Positions 18,558 through 28,692 of a DNA stretch of 64,000 bases are shown here, in pieces (the first letter of the stretch is position 1; every line of letters begins with the position of its first letter). Source of the stretch: Collinsella sp. (lineage in GTDB: Bacteria > Actinomycetota > Coriobacteriia > Coriobacteriales > Coriobacteriaceae). The notes beneath the pieces are model-generated. The model searched no databases. It was not told the DNA's origin and saw only the letters and a list, made by a program, of their open reading frames with translations. Where the stretch lies: assembly GCA_048244295.1 (NCBI GenBank), contig DBFAZJ010000051.1, positions 13,842 to 77,841 on the forward strand, written 5' to 3'. A program made the position numbers and the translations under genes.

Positions 18558-19970
18558 ATGAGAAAAGTGATCACGTACGGAACGTACGACCTGCTCCACA
18601 GAGGGCACGTCAGGCTGCTCGAGCGCGCCAAGGCGCTCGGGGACTACCTGGTGGTCGGCGTGACGGCCGACGGCTTCGACAAGGTGCGCGGCAAGATCAA
18701 CGTCTCACAGACCCTCAACGAGCGCATGCGCGCGGTCCAGGCCCTCGGGATAGCCGACGAGGTGATCGTCGAGGAGTACGAGGGACAAAAGATCGACGAC
18801 ATCCGCTCTATGGGCATCGACGTGTTCACCGTGGGCTCCGACTGGGCGGGCAAATTCGACTACCTCAAGGAGTACTGCGAGGTGGTCTACCTCGACCGCA
18901 CACAAGGCGTCTCGAGCACGGAGCTGCGCGAGGAGAGCGGGCACCTGCGCATGGGCTACGCCGGTAAGTCCCCCCTCGTGGAGAAGTACCTGAGGGAGAG
19001 CGCGTTCGTCAACGGCATCGAGCCCGCCTGCGTGATGCTCGACGGCGACGGCGCCTGGCCGGCGCCGTCGCAGAGGGGGGAGGTGGAGCAGGTCGACGAC
19101 CTCGACGACCTCCTCAGGCGCTGTGACGCCGTGTACCTCGCTTCTCGCCCCGACCTGCACTACAAACACATCAAGCGGTCGCTCGCGGCCGGCAAGCACG
19201 TCCTGTGCGAGTCGCCTGTTGCCCCGACGGGCGCAGAGTGCGAGGAGCTCCAGGCGATGGCCCGCGAGCATGGCCTTGTGCTCGCTGACGCCATCAAGAC
19301 CGCCTACTCGACCGCTTATCATCGTCTGCTGTTACTCGCGAAGAGCGGCCATATCGGGCGTGTGCTCTCGGTGCGCGCAGTTTGCACGAGCCTTGCAGAC
19401 CTCGGCGCATCGGGGCTCGGGACCGTTGAGGGCAAATGGTCGAGCTCACAGGCGTGGGGGCCGACGGCGCTCCTCCCCATCCTGCAGCTCCTCGGGTGCG
19501 ACTACCGCTCCGCAGACTTCGTGCGGGCTGATCTTGCGGGACATCAAGGGTTCGACGCTTTCGGAGAGATTCGCGTCGCATATGCGGATGGCTACGGCGA
19601 GGCGGTCTTCGGCAAGGCGGCAAAGTCCGAGGGCTCCCTCGTGGTCACCGGCACCGACGGCTACATCTACGTGCCCGCCCCTTGGTGGAAGACTGATTAC
19701 TTCGAGGTGAGGAACGAGGATCCCACGCAGAACAGGCGCTACTTCTTCCAGCTAGACGGTGAGGGGATCAGGAACGAGCTCGTGGAGTTCGCCCGCGCCG
19801 CGGAGCGCGGCGGAGACTGCGGGTTCTTTATCGGCGCCGGGGTTACGGCGGCGATCTCCGATCTCCTCGGAAGGTTCTCCACAGGCAAGGGCTGCATCAT
19901 GCTCGCGCCGATCGAGCGAGGTATCTCTCGGCATGAGGATGTGGAGAGCACGACGCAATCCCTTTCCTAA
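18558..19970 (+). CDS. TagD-like cytidylyltransferase fused to Gfo/Idh/MocA-type oxidoreductase domain
   Basis: ITYGTYDLLHRGH (HxGH), GSDW.GKFDYL, RTQGVSST; downstream DAVYLAS...GKHVLCESP and VPAPWWKT. Confidence 0.9.
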   Translation: MRKVITYGTYDLLHRGHVRLLERAKALGDYLVVGVTADGFDKVRGKINVSQTLNERMRAVQALGIADEVIVEEYEGQKIDDIRSMGIDVFTVGSDWAGKFDYLKEYCEVVYLDRTQGVSSTELREESGHLRMGYAGKSPLVEKYLRESAFVNGIEPACVMLDGDGAWPAPSQRGEVEQVDDLDDLLRRCDAVYLASRPDLHYKHIKRSLAAGKHVLCESPVAPTGAECEELQAMAREHGLVLADAIKTAYSTAYHRLLLLAKSGHIGRVLSVRAVCTSLADLGASGLGTVEGKWSSSQAWGPTALLPILQLLGCDYRSADFVRADLAGHQGFDAFGEIRVAYADGYGEAVFGKAAKSEGSLVVTGTDGYIYVPAPWWKTDYFEVRNEDPTQNRRYFFQLDGEGIRNELVEFARAAERGGDCGFFIGAGVTAAISDLLGRFSTGKGCIMLAPIERGISRHEDVESTTQSLS

Positions 19971-20031
19971 AGCAGAGCGCATCCATAGTCCTCCCGGAGC
20001 TTATTTTGGACGCAACAATATCCATCGAAGC

Positions 20032-21663
20032 CTAAGAGAGTCCAAACCAAGCGACACCCTCATCACGCCAGCCAACGCCGATGAGGTCGGAGTGCTCTTT
20101 CTCCGATGTGGTGTAGTTGTGCGACCCAGTCACGGCATTCGGATTGTATTCACGCAGAAGCCTGGTTCCATGGGCGTCGTCGGAATACCAACCTATGCCC
20201 TCGCTTACCCATCCGGCCTCAATGCACTCATCGCGTTCCTCGGCGCTCATAGTGTAATGGTGGTCTCCCCCATACACGAAGGGATTGTTCAGTCGGTACA
20301 CGGGAGCGTTCGACTTCGGCGGAGCATACCAGCCGATTCCCTCAGGATTCCACCCGCAGGTAATCAAATCAGCGCGCTCGGTTTTATCCGCCGTATAAAA
20401 GTGCTCTCCCGTATACGGATTGTACAGGCGATACATCTTTATACGGTTTGGATCATCCGCGTCCTTGGTCAGACCATAAGTCGCCGCGATTCCGCGAGCA
20501 TCCGCCTCTCCAAGCGCACGCAGCTTGTGATCCGCGTTCAAGTAGTTCCAATAATCGCTCGAATCTATGAACGCATGCTCGACGATGATCCCGGGCATAC
20601 CAGCCAGGCGGGCATAGCGGATATCGCCATAGTAGTCGGCGTACACATCGTTTACGCCATCGCCATTGGAATCGTAGCCATAACGGCTGCTCACCTCATC
20701 GTCGATGATTCTCGTCTTTGTGCCTCGGTTATTGATCCCAAGCTTCGAGAGCTCAGCTAGGATATCGTCACCAAGACGCTCACCGGCTACATGGGCGGAA
20801 TTGCGATAACTCGAGTTGTAGGGAATCCAGACTTCGGCGCCGCGGCCGCCTCCGGCGTTGATATGAAGGCTTACGTAGATATCGCATCCCGCGCCCGCAG
20901 CACGATTGACCCTTTCCTGCAAAGAAGGGCATTCGTTCTTTGTCCTCGTAACGAACACCCTAACCCCGTTATAGAGCTCGAGCGCAGCGCGGCAATACTG
21001 CGTTATCTTCCAAGTGATCTCGGCCTCCGCGTCCCCGTTGCCCTCAGCACCGGGATCATAACCGCCATGCCCGGGGTTCAAGGCAACCGTAAGCCCGCCT
21101 GACCAAGATGAGCGCGTTTGCAAAGACTCGTCCGAATCCAACAGCTCATCTTCGGTTAATGCCGTTGAGTCGATGAGCGAGCCTTCGGAGTCGAACTCGG
21201 CACTGTTCGTAACCATGTTGGTTTTTGCGTCGGGCACCTCCATCACGCAAAATGACGCCGCCTCGCTAGCGCAATCAGAGAAGTCGATGATTTGGGCTCC
21301 TCCGGCACAAGTAACGGAGGAGATTCTCCACGTGCCCGCAGCAGGTGCCGAGAACGTAAAGAGCACGGAGGACCCTTGGGCTACGGAGGCGGAAGTCTCA
21401 AATGAATCACTTGATTCTGTGTTCTGAAGCGTGAGACGAGCGTCGTCCGCATTCGTTCCGCTCTTCAGGACAATGGCAACTTTTTGCTCATTGCCAGAGA
21501 ACACCGCAGACGACTCGATGTAGGTAAACTCAACGCCTTCAGAAGAAGACAACGAGGCGGCGACCACATCTGCCTTAGCTCTTGCAGCTCCCACGGTAGA
21601 CAAAATGCACGCAGAAGTTCCTGCCACAAGAGCACGTCGCGTCACGCATTTCTTGTTTTGCAC
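20032..21663 (-). CDS. N-acetylmuramoyl-L-alanine amidase (Amidase_3) with C-terminal DUF5648-type triple repeat
   Basis: LNPGHGG, E, TR...SLQERV, SLHINA, IIVEHAFI; TRRAL signal peptide; three RLYNP repeats at the C-terminus. Confidence 0.92.
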   Translation of the reverse strand: MQNKKCVTRRALVAGTSACILSTVGAARAKADVVAASLSSSEGVEFTYIESSAVFSGNEQKVAIVLKSGTNADDARLTLQNTESSDSFETSASVAQGSSVLFTFSAPAAGTWRISSVTCAGGAQIIDFSDCASEAASFCVMEVPDAKTNMVTNSAEFDSEGSLIDSTALTEDELLDSDESLQTRSSWSGGLTVALNPGHGGYDPGAEGNGDAEAEITWKITQYCRAALELYNGVRVFVTRTKNECPSLQERVNRAAGAGCDIYVSLHINAGGGRGAEVWIPYNSSYRNSAHVAGERLGDDILAELSKLGINNRGTKTRIIDDEVSSRYGYDSNGDGVNDVYADYYGDIRYARLAGMPGIIVEHAFIDSSDYWNYLNADHKLRALGEADARGIAATYGLTKDADDPNRIKMYRLYNPYTGEHFYTADKTERADLITCGWNPEGIGWYAPPKSNAPVYRLNNPFVYGGDHHYTMSAEERDECIEAGWVSEGIGWYSDDAHGTRLLREYNPNAVTGSHNYTTSEKEHSDLIGVGWRDEGVAWFGLS

Positions 21664-21684
21664 GATGGACCAACTCCAATTAGG

Positions 21685-24106
21685 TTAAAGGTGATAATAA
21701 CGGTCTTTGGGTATGCCGATATCGAAGTTCGGGTTTGAGTAAGGATCTCCAAGCACAGAATACCGCGCCCAATGATTCATCAAATAGGAGAATTCCTTCC
21801 TAAAGCGAATCTCTTTATCTTTGGTCGACTCCGAGCCTCGGGAAATCGACTCGTAGTGATAGAGCTCAACATCAGGATTGTAGACAACAAGAAGCCCTCG
21901 ATCCCTGAGCTTAAGGCAAAAATCAACGTCATTGAAGGCCACGGAAAGCTCCTCGGTGAACCCTCCAACCGCATCGAAATCCGCAGTCGAAACCATCAGG
22001 CGTGACAGCACTCAGATCTTGTTGCAGGTCATCAAGGCCGAAGTAACCGTGAACATCCCTGGGAATAATCTTATTTAAGTGATCGGCTCCAGATCCGCAA
22101 ACCACGACGCCCGCATGCTGGATGGTGTCATCAGGATAGTACAACTTCACGCCAACGCACCCGACGTCGGGGCGTGCGCAGAACCCCAGCATCCGCTCGA
22201 TCCAATCGGGGGTAATTACCTCGGTGTCGTTGTTCAATAAAAGAAGATACTCTCCCCTCGCGTTCTTCCTCCCGAAGTTCATGAGCCTAGAGAAATTAAA
22301 CTCATGATTCCACTCAAGGATCCTCGCGCGATTTGGATAGGCAGCAGAAAGCTCATCATAATAATCAAAAGTGGCCTTTTGGGTGCTGTTGTTCTCGACT
22401 ATCAGCACTTCGAAATTGTGGTAAGACGACTTTTCGAAAATCGAGCCGATACAACGTCTGAGGATCTCAACGTGATCCTTCGTTGGGATCACTATAGAGA
22501 CGAGCGGCATGCTCTCGGGTACCGCATACTCAACAGAATAGGCATTGGAAATTCGAGAAGGAGCTACTGTTGCAGAGATGCCCAAACGATCAAGATGCGC
22601 ACGAATCGCCCTGATTTCGGCATCAGCGTCATGTGGCTTGGCTTGGTCATTCCCCACCGTCGGCTTATCGCTCATGCGACAATGATAAAGAGCGAGCGGA
22701 ACATGCCCAACGTGCCGGGCCTTTTCGACCGCCTCAAGAGTTAGGTTAAGGTCTTGAGCGCCATCGAAATCGGGGGTATTCCTCTCCAGCATATCTAGGA
22801 GCGACCTGCGAATCGTCAGCATATGAGATATATAGTTCCTACTACGAAGCAAATCAAGATTAAAATCAGGCTTAAAGAATGGAACCGCTAGTGTGCCATC
22901 GGGCAGCAGCCTATCCTCATCACAATAAAGAACATCAGTAATAGGATGCTCATTAATATAGCGAGCATATTCAAAGAGAATATTAGGCTCAAGGACATCA
23001 TCACGGTCAAAGAAGGCAACGAAATCTCCCGTGGATGAATCAATGCCCGCATTGATGCTAAACGAGATCCCCAGGTTCTTCTCGAGCTCCACAAGGACAA
23101 TTCTCGCGTCCTTCTCTGAAGCCGAACGAGCACGTTCAGACAGCTCCCCATCATCAGGGCTCGCGTTCACAATGACAAGTTGCCATTTTTCGTAAGACTG
23201 CGAGAGCACCGAATCAAGCATGTCGTCAAAAAAACCGAGCGGGGTCTTGAGCAGCGGGACAACGATGCTGAAAACGGGTTCGAACGGAAACCTCGAGTCC
23301 TTCTGGATTTGAAGGTCTACCGCAGAAGGCCTCACATTGTTATAGCGCTCGGGAAAATAGTACGGATCCTGCGCGGCATTCTTCATGACCTCGAACGTCC
23401 TCTGCCTCGCATGTTCCAACACCGCAGGAGAGAAGACGTCAAAGCGATTAAGCTCTGGATGCGCCGCACTCTTCACGTTTATCAAAAGATTGCACAGGTC
23501 CTTGGGAACGCGAATCGAGAAAGTCCGCTCGCGAACAAAGTCTTCGTAGCCGACGCGCTTATCGTAAACTCCTCCACCAAAATCAACGAGCTTCGAATCG
23601 TAAGGGCGCAATGACATATCAAGAGCCTCGACCAGGACATCTCCCCCAAGTTTCTCGGGATACGTCACCGAGAAACGAACGACAAAGCAATCAAAGCCCT
23701 CGATCACCTCGTCAAGAGAAATCTCGGCTTTATTGAGCTAAGGGTTACGGTCCTTATCTCGAAGAATTGCACAAACGTCCGAATGAAGCTTATAGTTCAC
23801 ACGCGACTCCCACTTCGCACGAGACGAGGTAAAGGAGAAAATGGCGGATCCAGCCAAAGAGCCGATGGCAGATGTCTCTTTAATGCACAGAGAATAACCC
23901 GGTACATCAAGATCAGGAACGCAACAGACAAAGTCTCCCGGACCCGACCCCACGCCATTCAGCGGCGCCAAGATACTTGGGCAAGACACGCCATCGCTTG
24001 TCTCCGCATACAATTCGAGTGTGGAACCAGCCTCCAGATCCGAAACGACGCAGCGAATATACAGTTTCTCGCTGCCCCGGACAATTGGTCCAAACGTTGC
24101 GTTCAA
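21685..24106 (-). pseudogene. Double-GT2 glycosyltransferase pseudogene, paralog of 33849-36263
   Basis: Three ORF fragments are collinear with the intact paralog; in-frame TAG at 23738-23740; frameshifting deletion near 22000 (SAVT-[GAC]-LMV). Confidence 0.88.
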
Positions 24107-24130
24107 GGAGTTGTCCTTTCGTAAACCATC

Positions 24131-25273
24131 TCAGACGGCCGAGCGAATAGCCGCTTCCAATGCTTCAGCCGTAGTGTCCCAAGAATAATGCTGCTCAACG
24201 AGCTTGCGGCAGTTATACGATTCCCTTGCGAGCAACCCAGGTTCGTCGCACAACCTTACGATAGCCTTCACAACATCGGGCGTAGTCATCGAGGGAATGA
24301 TGAGTCCACAAGAGTCATCGGGCAAAAGCTCCCTGGCGCCCCCCACATCAGTGACTACCGAAGGTGTCCCGCAGGCAGAGGCTTCCAGCAGAACCGTCGA
24401 GAAACCCTCCGAACGGGAAGGCAGGCAGTGAATGTCCGCTTGGAGAAATAACGCCGCGACATCAGGAGCGTCTATTCGGCCAATCCAGCGAAGCTCGTCG
24501 TTGGAGGCCTCTTCGACCTCTGATGCAAGCGGTCCCTCGCCCGCGAGCACGAACACGACCCCACGCTCGCGAAGCGCCTCAGAGCATGAGGCCTCGACAA
24601 GAGAAGAGATGCCTTTCTCGGGAATCAACCGGCCCACAAAAGCAACGAGCGGCTGTTCCGGGGCGATTCCGAGCTCGGAGCGAAAATCCCTCCCGGATGA
24701 TTTAGCACGATACGCCGCAGCATCAATCGAGTTCGAAAGGACCCCCTTAGACGCGATTCCAAAATGCGCGAGCCACTCTGAGCTCTTCGCCGATACCCCA
24801 TAAAAATCAGGCTTATATGCCTTGACTTTACGCGTGATCGCATCTTCATAACGCCTTACGAACCAATCGAGGCCTTTTATGCCAAACGAAAGATAGGCGG
24901 AACCGTGATCCAAAACTATAGCTTTATGGTCTTGGTTTTTGGCAAGTTTGAGACCCTCGAGGCTATGCGAAAAGAGACGCGTATTCACAAAGACGCCGTC
25001 CCATTGACGAGCGGACAATTCTCCAAAAAGCCGATGATAAAGTCGGTTTTTTAAAGGAATAGGAAGACGACCGTCCATAGGGCTCAGACACGGCAGGCGG
25101 AGAACCTCGACCCCGTCTTCCCTGGTGAAGCCGCAGCCGACTCCCTGGGTATCGGGGGCAACAATGAGCACCTCATTTCCTCGCGCAATCAACGCATGCG
25201 ACAGCGCATCCACATAGTTCGCGATACCGCTAAGTTGAGGGTGATAATGATGCGCAAAGATGCAAATTCGCAA
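24131..25273 (-). CDS. GT4 family glycosyltransferase
   Basis: FVGRLIPEKG, LAGEGP, LPSRSEGFSTVLLEA.ACG.P.V.TDVGG..E; AGGAGG RBS before TTG 25273. Confidence 0.92.
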   Translation of the reverse strand: MRICIFAHHYHPQLSGIANYVDALSHALIARGNEVLIVAPDTQGVGCGFTREDGVEVLRLPCLSPMDGRLPIPLKNRLYHRLFGELSARQWDGVFVNTRLFSHSLEGLKLAKNQDHKAIVLDHGSAYLSFGIKGLDWFVRRYEDAITRKVKAYKPDFYGVSAKSSEWLAHFGIASKGVLSNSIDAAAYRAKSSGRDFRSELGIAPEQPLVAFVGRLIPEKGISSLVEASCSEALRERGVVFVLAGEGPLASEVEEASNDELRWIGRIDAPDVAALFLQADIHCLPSRSEGFSTVLLEASACGTPSVVTDVGGARELLPDDSCGLIIPSMTTPDVVKAIVRLCDEPGLLARESYNCRKLVEQHYSWDTTAEALEAAIRSAV

Positions 25274-25402
25274 AGAGATGAGACCCTCCTCTACAGTCAC
25301 AGCAAGCCATGCTGCACCGCAGGGTAAGCGGCCTCGCATGAATATAGGCTAATGTTATCATCCAAAGCCATAACCTAACGAAATAGACCAAGCGAGGACC
25401 CC

Positions 25403-27031
25403 ATGAGTTCAGCTCAAGCAAAACCCTTAACTAAGAGAATTCCGCGAATCTGCTACGCGCTCATAGCCGTCCTCATCGTATATACAGGTGCGCATGCGCT
25501 CCTGATTCACTACTCGAGCAGCGCATCATTAGCCGCGCCGATCATTGTCTGCGCAGTATTCTCTATATCAATTTTGGCATCGTATCTGCTTCGCTCGCAG
25601 CATAAGCAAGAAAAGAGGGGAATCGACTTCGCCGAGTTGCCTTTTCTGTTTTGTCTTTTAACCTCAGGCATCGCATTTGCAGTCGTTATGGCGCCCGGCA
25701 CTGTCCCTGACGAGGAATACCATTACATTTCTTCTTATTGCTACGCAAACGGATTTAACGTCACAAGGGAGACTGGAGAAGACGGCGAAGGGTATTTGAG
25801 CGTTCAGGCCAGGAAAACAGATAGCGACTTTTACGACCAGTCGATATCAGAAACAGAGCTTAACAGCAATAAATACAGCATCGGCATGGACGCGATCGGC
25901 GCGAAAGCGGATTCCGAACCAGCCACAATGGTCACGAAACACACCTCCGCGAAAAATGTCACCTCAAACCCCATTCCCGTTCGTTTCGCGTCAGCCGCCG
26001 GTATATCTCTTGGGCGATTGTTGGGATTAAACGGAGAGGTAACGTTTTACCTAGGCCGGCTATTTAATTTCCTCTTTTTTGCAACGTTGATTATTGCTGC
26101 AGTAAAAACTGCCCCTATAGGCAAACCAGTCTTTGAAACCCTGGCGCTTTTGCCTATGACCCTCCATCTGGCTGCATCGTATTCGTATGATGCGCCCTTG
26201 ATCGGCTACAGCTTTCTATTTACTGCATTGTCGCTCAAGCTGATAAAGGGAAAGGGTTCGATACCGCCAGCGGATTTAGTGCTCTATGCAGTACTGGCGC
26301 TTTGCCTAGGCACCTGTAAAGGCGTCTATGCATTGCTGCTTGTCCTTGTGTTCTTTATTCCGGCTTCACGTTACCCATCAAAGAGAGCGTCTGTTATTTA
26401 TCGGGCGCTCATTGTGGCACTTCCGGTGTTCGCATTTATACTCTTGAGACTGGATACGCTCCTTGGAATGCTGGGGCTTACAGGAGCGGGAGATGCCAAC
26501 TCGACCGACATCACGGGCGTTTCTGAATTTCAATCGATTCAGTTAATGGACCTCGTAGCTCACCCGCTTACTGCCTTGCTCATTCTAGTAAAAACGCTGC
26601 ATTCACAGCTCGCTTTTTACATCGACACTTTCCTAGGCGGCTCCCTCGGATGGTTCCAGCCCAACCTAAAAGCGCCCGCGTTCTTTACAGCCGGCTATGC
26701 GGTTATTCTCTACCTTGGATCTATGCACGGCATCAAGGATGAGGACTGCTTCGGAACAAAAACGAGAATCGTTGCCATCGCTGTTCTGATCGTCAGCGCC
26801 CTCGCGGTCCTTTATTCATTGATGACCGGCTGGGCCATTACCGATTACATCATCCTTGGAGTCCAAGGGCGATATTTCCTCCCATTTGCACCTTTTGGGA
26901 TCATCTTGATTCGCAAGGGAATGCTCCGATTTAATAAAGAAGTTGCCACCAAGTCGCTTATCGTAGCAGAGCAGACTATGAACGGTATCTACCTAATCTA
27001 TATTTTGACGTGCGTTTTGCTCGCTGGATAA
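25403..27031 (+). CDS. DUF2142-type multi-TM protein (putative GT-C glycosyltransferase)
   Basis: PGTVPDEEYH, YLGRLFN, LLPM....AASYSYD, K..Y, G.LGW, GVQGRYFLP. Confidence 0.85.
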   Translation: MSSAQAKPLTKRIPRICYALIAVLIVYTGAHALLIHYSSSASLAAPIIVCAVFSISILASYLLRSQHKQEKRGIDFAELPFLFCLLTSGIAFAVVMAPGTVPDEEYHYISSYCYANGFNVTRETGEDGEGYLSVQARKTDSDFYDQSISETELNSNKYSIGMDAIGAKADSEPATMVTKHTSAKNVTSNPIPVRFASAAGISLGRLLGLNGEVTFYLGRLFNFLFFATLIIAAVKTAPIGKPVFETLALLPMTLHLAASYSYDAPLIGYSFLFTALSLKLIKGKGSIPPADLVLYAVLALCLGTCKGVYALLLVLVFFIPASRYPSKRASVIYRALIVALPVFAFILLRLDTLLGMLGLTGAGDANSTDITGVSEFQSIQLMDLVAHPLTALLILVKTLHSQLAFYIDTFLGGSLGWFQPNLKAPAFFTAGYAVILYLGSMHGIKDEDCFGTKTRIVAIAVLIVSALAVLYSLMTGWAITDYIILGVQGRYFLPFAPFGIILIRKGMLRFNKEVATKSLIVAEQTMNGIYLIYILTCVLLAG

Positions 27032-28249
27032 GTTCTCAAAGCGACCCAAAAGAGGAACAAACATCGAGATAATACCCACCAGATAAGCCAGGGCAATAAC
27101 GAAACTAACTCCGTTCATGCCAAAGAGCATCACGAAGCAAGGTGTGAGCAGATACGCGACCGCCAACGGGATAAGGTTACAGACGCAACATGCAACCATT
27201 CGGCGTCTAGCAACCAGCAAATCCCCGAGAAAAACAATGCAGGCAGAGCTTGCGCATGAAATCAATGCGGGGACCATAAGGTTCGAGTAAGCACTGATTT
27301 TATGCCCGAAAACCAAATCAAGGAGCATCTGCCCTGCGACAGAAAACAATAAGATGCCGATTGCGAAAACAACGATGAGGGCACCGAGCACCTTAGCCAA
27401 AAGTTCTTTAAAACCTGCGTCGTCTTTATCGGCGATCAATGCGGCGAACGACCCCAATAACGGGGCATAAACATACCCAGCACAAGCTTGCACAATGACA
27501 ACAGGAGTGCAGACAGAGGCATATATCCCAAGCGCTTCATGCCCCATCGTCCCGCTCAAATATTGTCTTGCGTGCGTGACGACAAGATTACACGCAAACA
27601 AGCCAATTACCGAGGGGAGGCACCGAATGAGGAGTGAAGCAATCGAGTGAATATGAAACTCCGGCTTTACAGACTCAAATCGTGACGCCCTCTTTAAGTC
27701 CAGAATGATCACGGGATAGGTGGCTAAAGACATAGACAGAACCGAGAGCTCCAAGCTGCCAGATGCAACCATCGACAGTGAGAACGCGGCAACAGAGAGG
27801 ATGCCCCTTAGACCGAGAGACTGGCCATTGTAATCCATTCGCATATGCTTTTGGTCAATACCCAGCAAAACGTCAGTGAAGATGTCCGCTGATTTATAAA
27901 CAAGATAGAGAGCGATGCACAAATAGCCGGATGAGCTGATAGTCAACAACGAGTAAATAGCGACGATAACCGCCGCAAGGCCAATGGTAACGAACCTAAG
28001 GCCGATGTACTCGCCCGATGTAGTGTCGTTATTGATATCAGATACCTGGTAAGACCGAATCCGATAGAGAGCAATTGGTTGAAAGATATTCGCAACGGCC
28101 ATTGCCAAAGCAAGGGTTCCCGCGGCATTTAGATCCGGGGATAATCTGGCCACAAGGACGGTAATAAGCCACTGACACATCGAATAGGTTAATGAACCAG
28201 CGGAATTCCATAGCATATTTTTCTTAAGCGACAAACTGTCCATATTCAA
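26993..28249 (-). CDS. Wzx-type polysaccharide flippase
   Basis: SLKKNMLWNSAGS, IRSYQVSD, 12-TM-like hydrophobic pattern, MGHEALGIYA; 3' end overlaps the convergent DUF2142 gene. Confidence 0.82.
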   Translation of the reverse strand: MNMDSLSLKKNMLWNSAGSLTYSMCQWLITVLVARLSPDLNAAGTLALAMAVANIFQPIALYRIRSYQVSDINNDTTSGEYIGLRFVTIGLAAVIVAIYSLLTISSSGYLCIALYLVYKSADIFTDVLLGIDQKHMRMDYNGQSLGLRGILSVAAFSLSMVASGSLELSVLSMSLATYPVIILDLKRASRFESVKPEFHIHSIASLLIRCLPSVIGLFACNLVVTHARQYLSGTMGHEALGIYASVCTPVVIVQACAGYVYAPLLGSFAALIADKDDAGFKELLAKVLGALIVVFAIGILLFSVAGQMLLDLVFGHKISAYSNLMVPALISCASSACIVFLGDLLVARRRMVACCVCNLIPLAVAYLLTPCFVMLFGMNGVSFVIALAYLVGIISMFVPLLGRFENLSSEQNARQNID

Positions 28250-28323
28250 TCCATATCGGTAAAGCTGGGCTATCTAAGCGGCACAATTTCCGTGGAAGCA
28301 GGATAAACGGCAAGGTATAAAAC

Positions 28324-28686
28324 CTATTCCCTTAAGGAATCCCCGCGCGAGAACTCGATCGTCTTTTCCAGCAGAGCCACTCTCTGCACAAGGTTTTTAT
28401 TGGCTGTAGACAGCCTGCTAACAACCGCGGTAAGCGAAAGAGCTATGACCAAAAGAAGCAGAAGCCCGATAACAAGTATGAAGTTTGATGGTGTAACGAA
28501 ACCAATGAGACCGGAAATCGCGTAAACGATCTCCGGGAACAACGAGCAGAGAAGGCACACAAGACCCAAAGCCAACCAAGTAAGTGAATAACGAAGCAAA
28601 AGACGGCCCTTGCCAACAAGCCGAACAACAAACCCAATAAACACGACGCTAATCGCCACCATTAAAACCCTAAGTGCGATGCTCAT
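28324..28686 (-). CDS. DUF2304 family membrane protein (GacJ-like partner of the upstream GT2)
   Basis: LRYSLTWL, FP...IGF..PSN, C-terminal LVQRVALLE coiled tail. Confidence 0.88.
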   Translation of the reverse strand: MSIALRVLMVAISVVFIGFVVRLVGKGRLLLRYSLTWLALGLVCLLCSLFPEIVYAISGLIGFVTPSNFILVIGLLLLLVIALSLTAVVSRLSTANKNLVQRVALLEKTIEFSRGDSLRE

Positions 28687-28692
28687 ATGCCC

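Noticed and set aside
15033..19970. Phosphonate (2-aminoethylphosphonate) biosynthesis
   Set aside because: The class V enzyme and cytidylyltransferase fit superficially, but no PEP mutase or phosphonopyruvate decarboxylase is in the window.
23738..23740. Programmed stop read-through (pyrrolysine/selenocysteine) at in-frame TAG/TGA codons (also 1321 and 63138)
   Set aside because: Each of these genes also has an independent frameshift or deletion, and TAG/TGA end many intact genes here.
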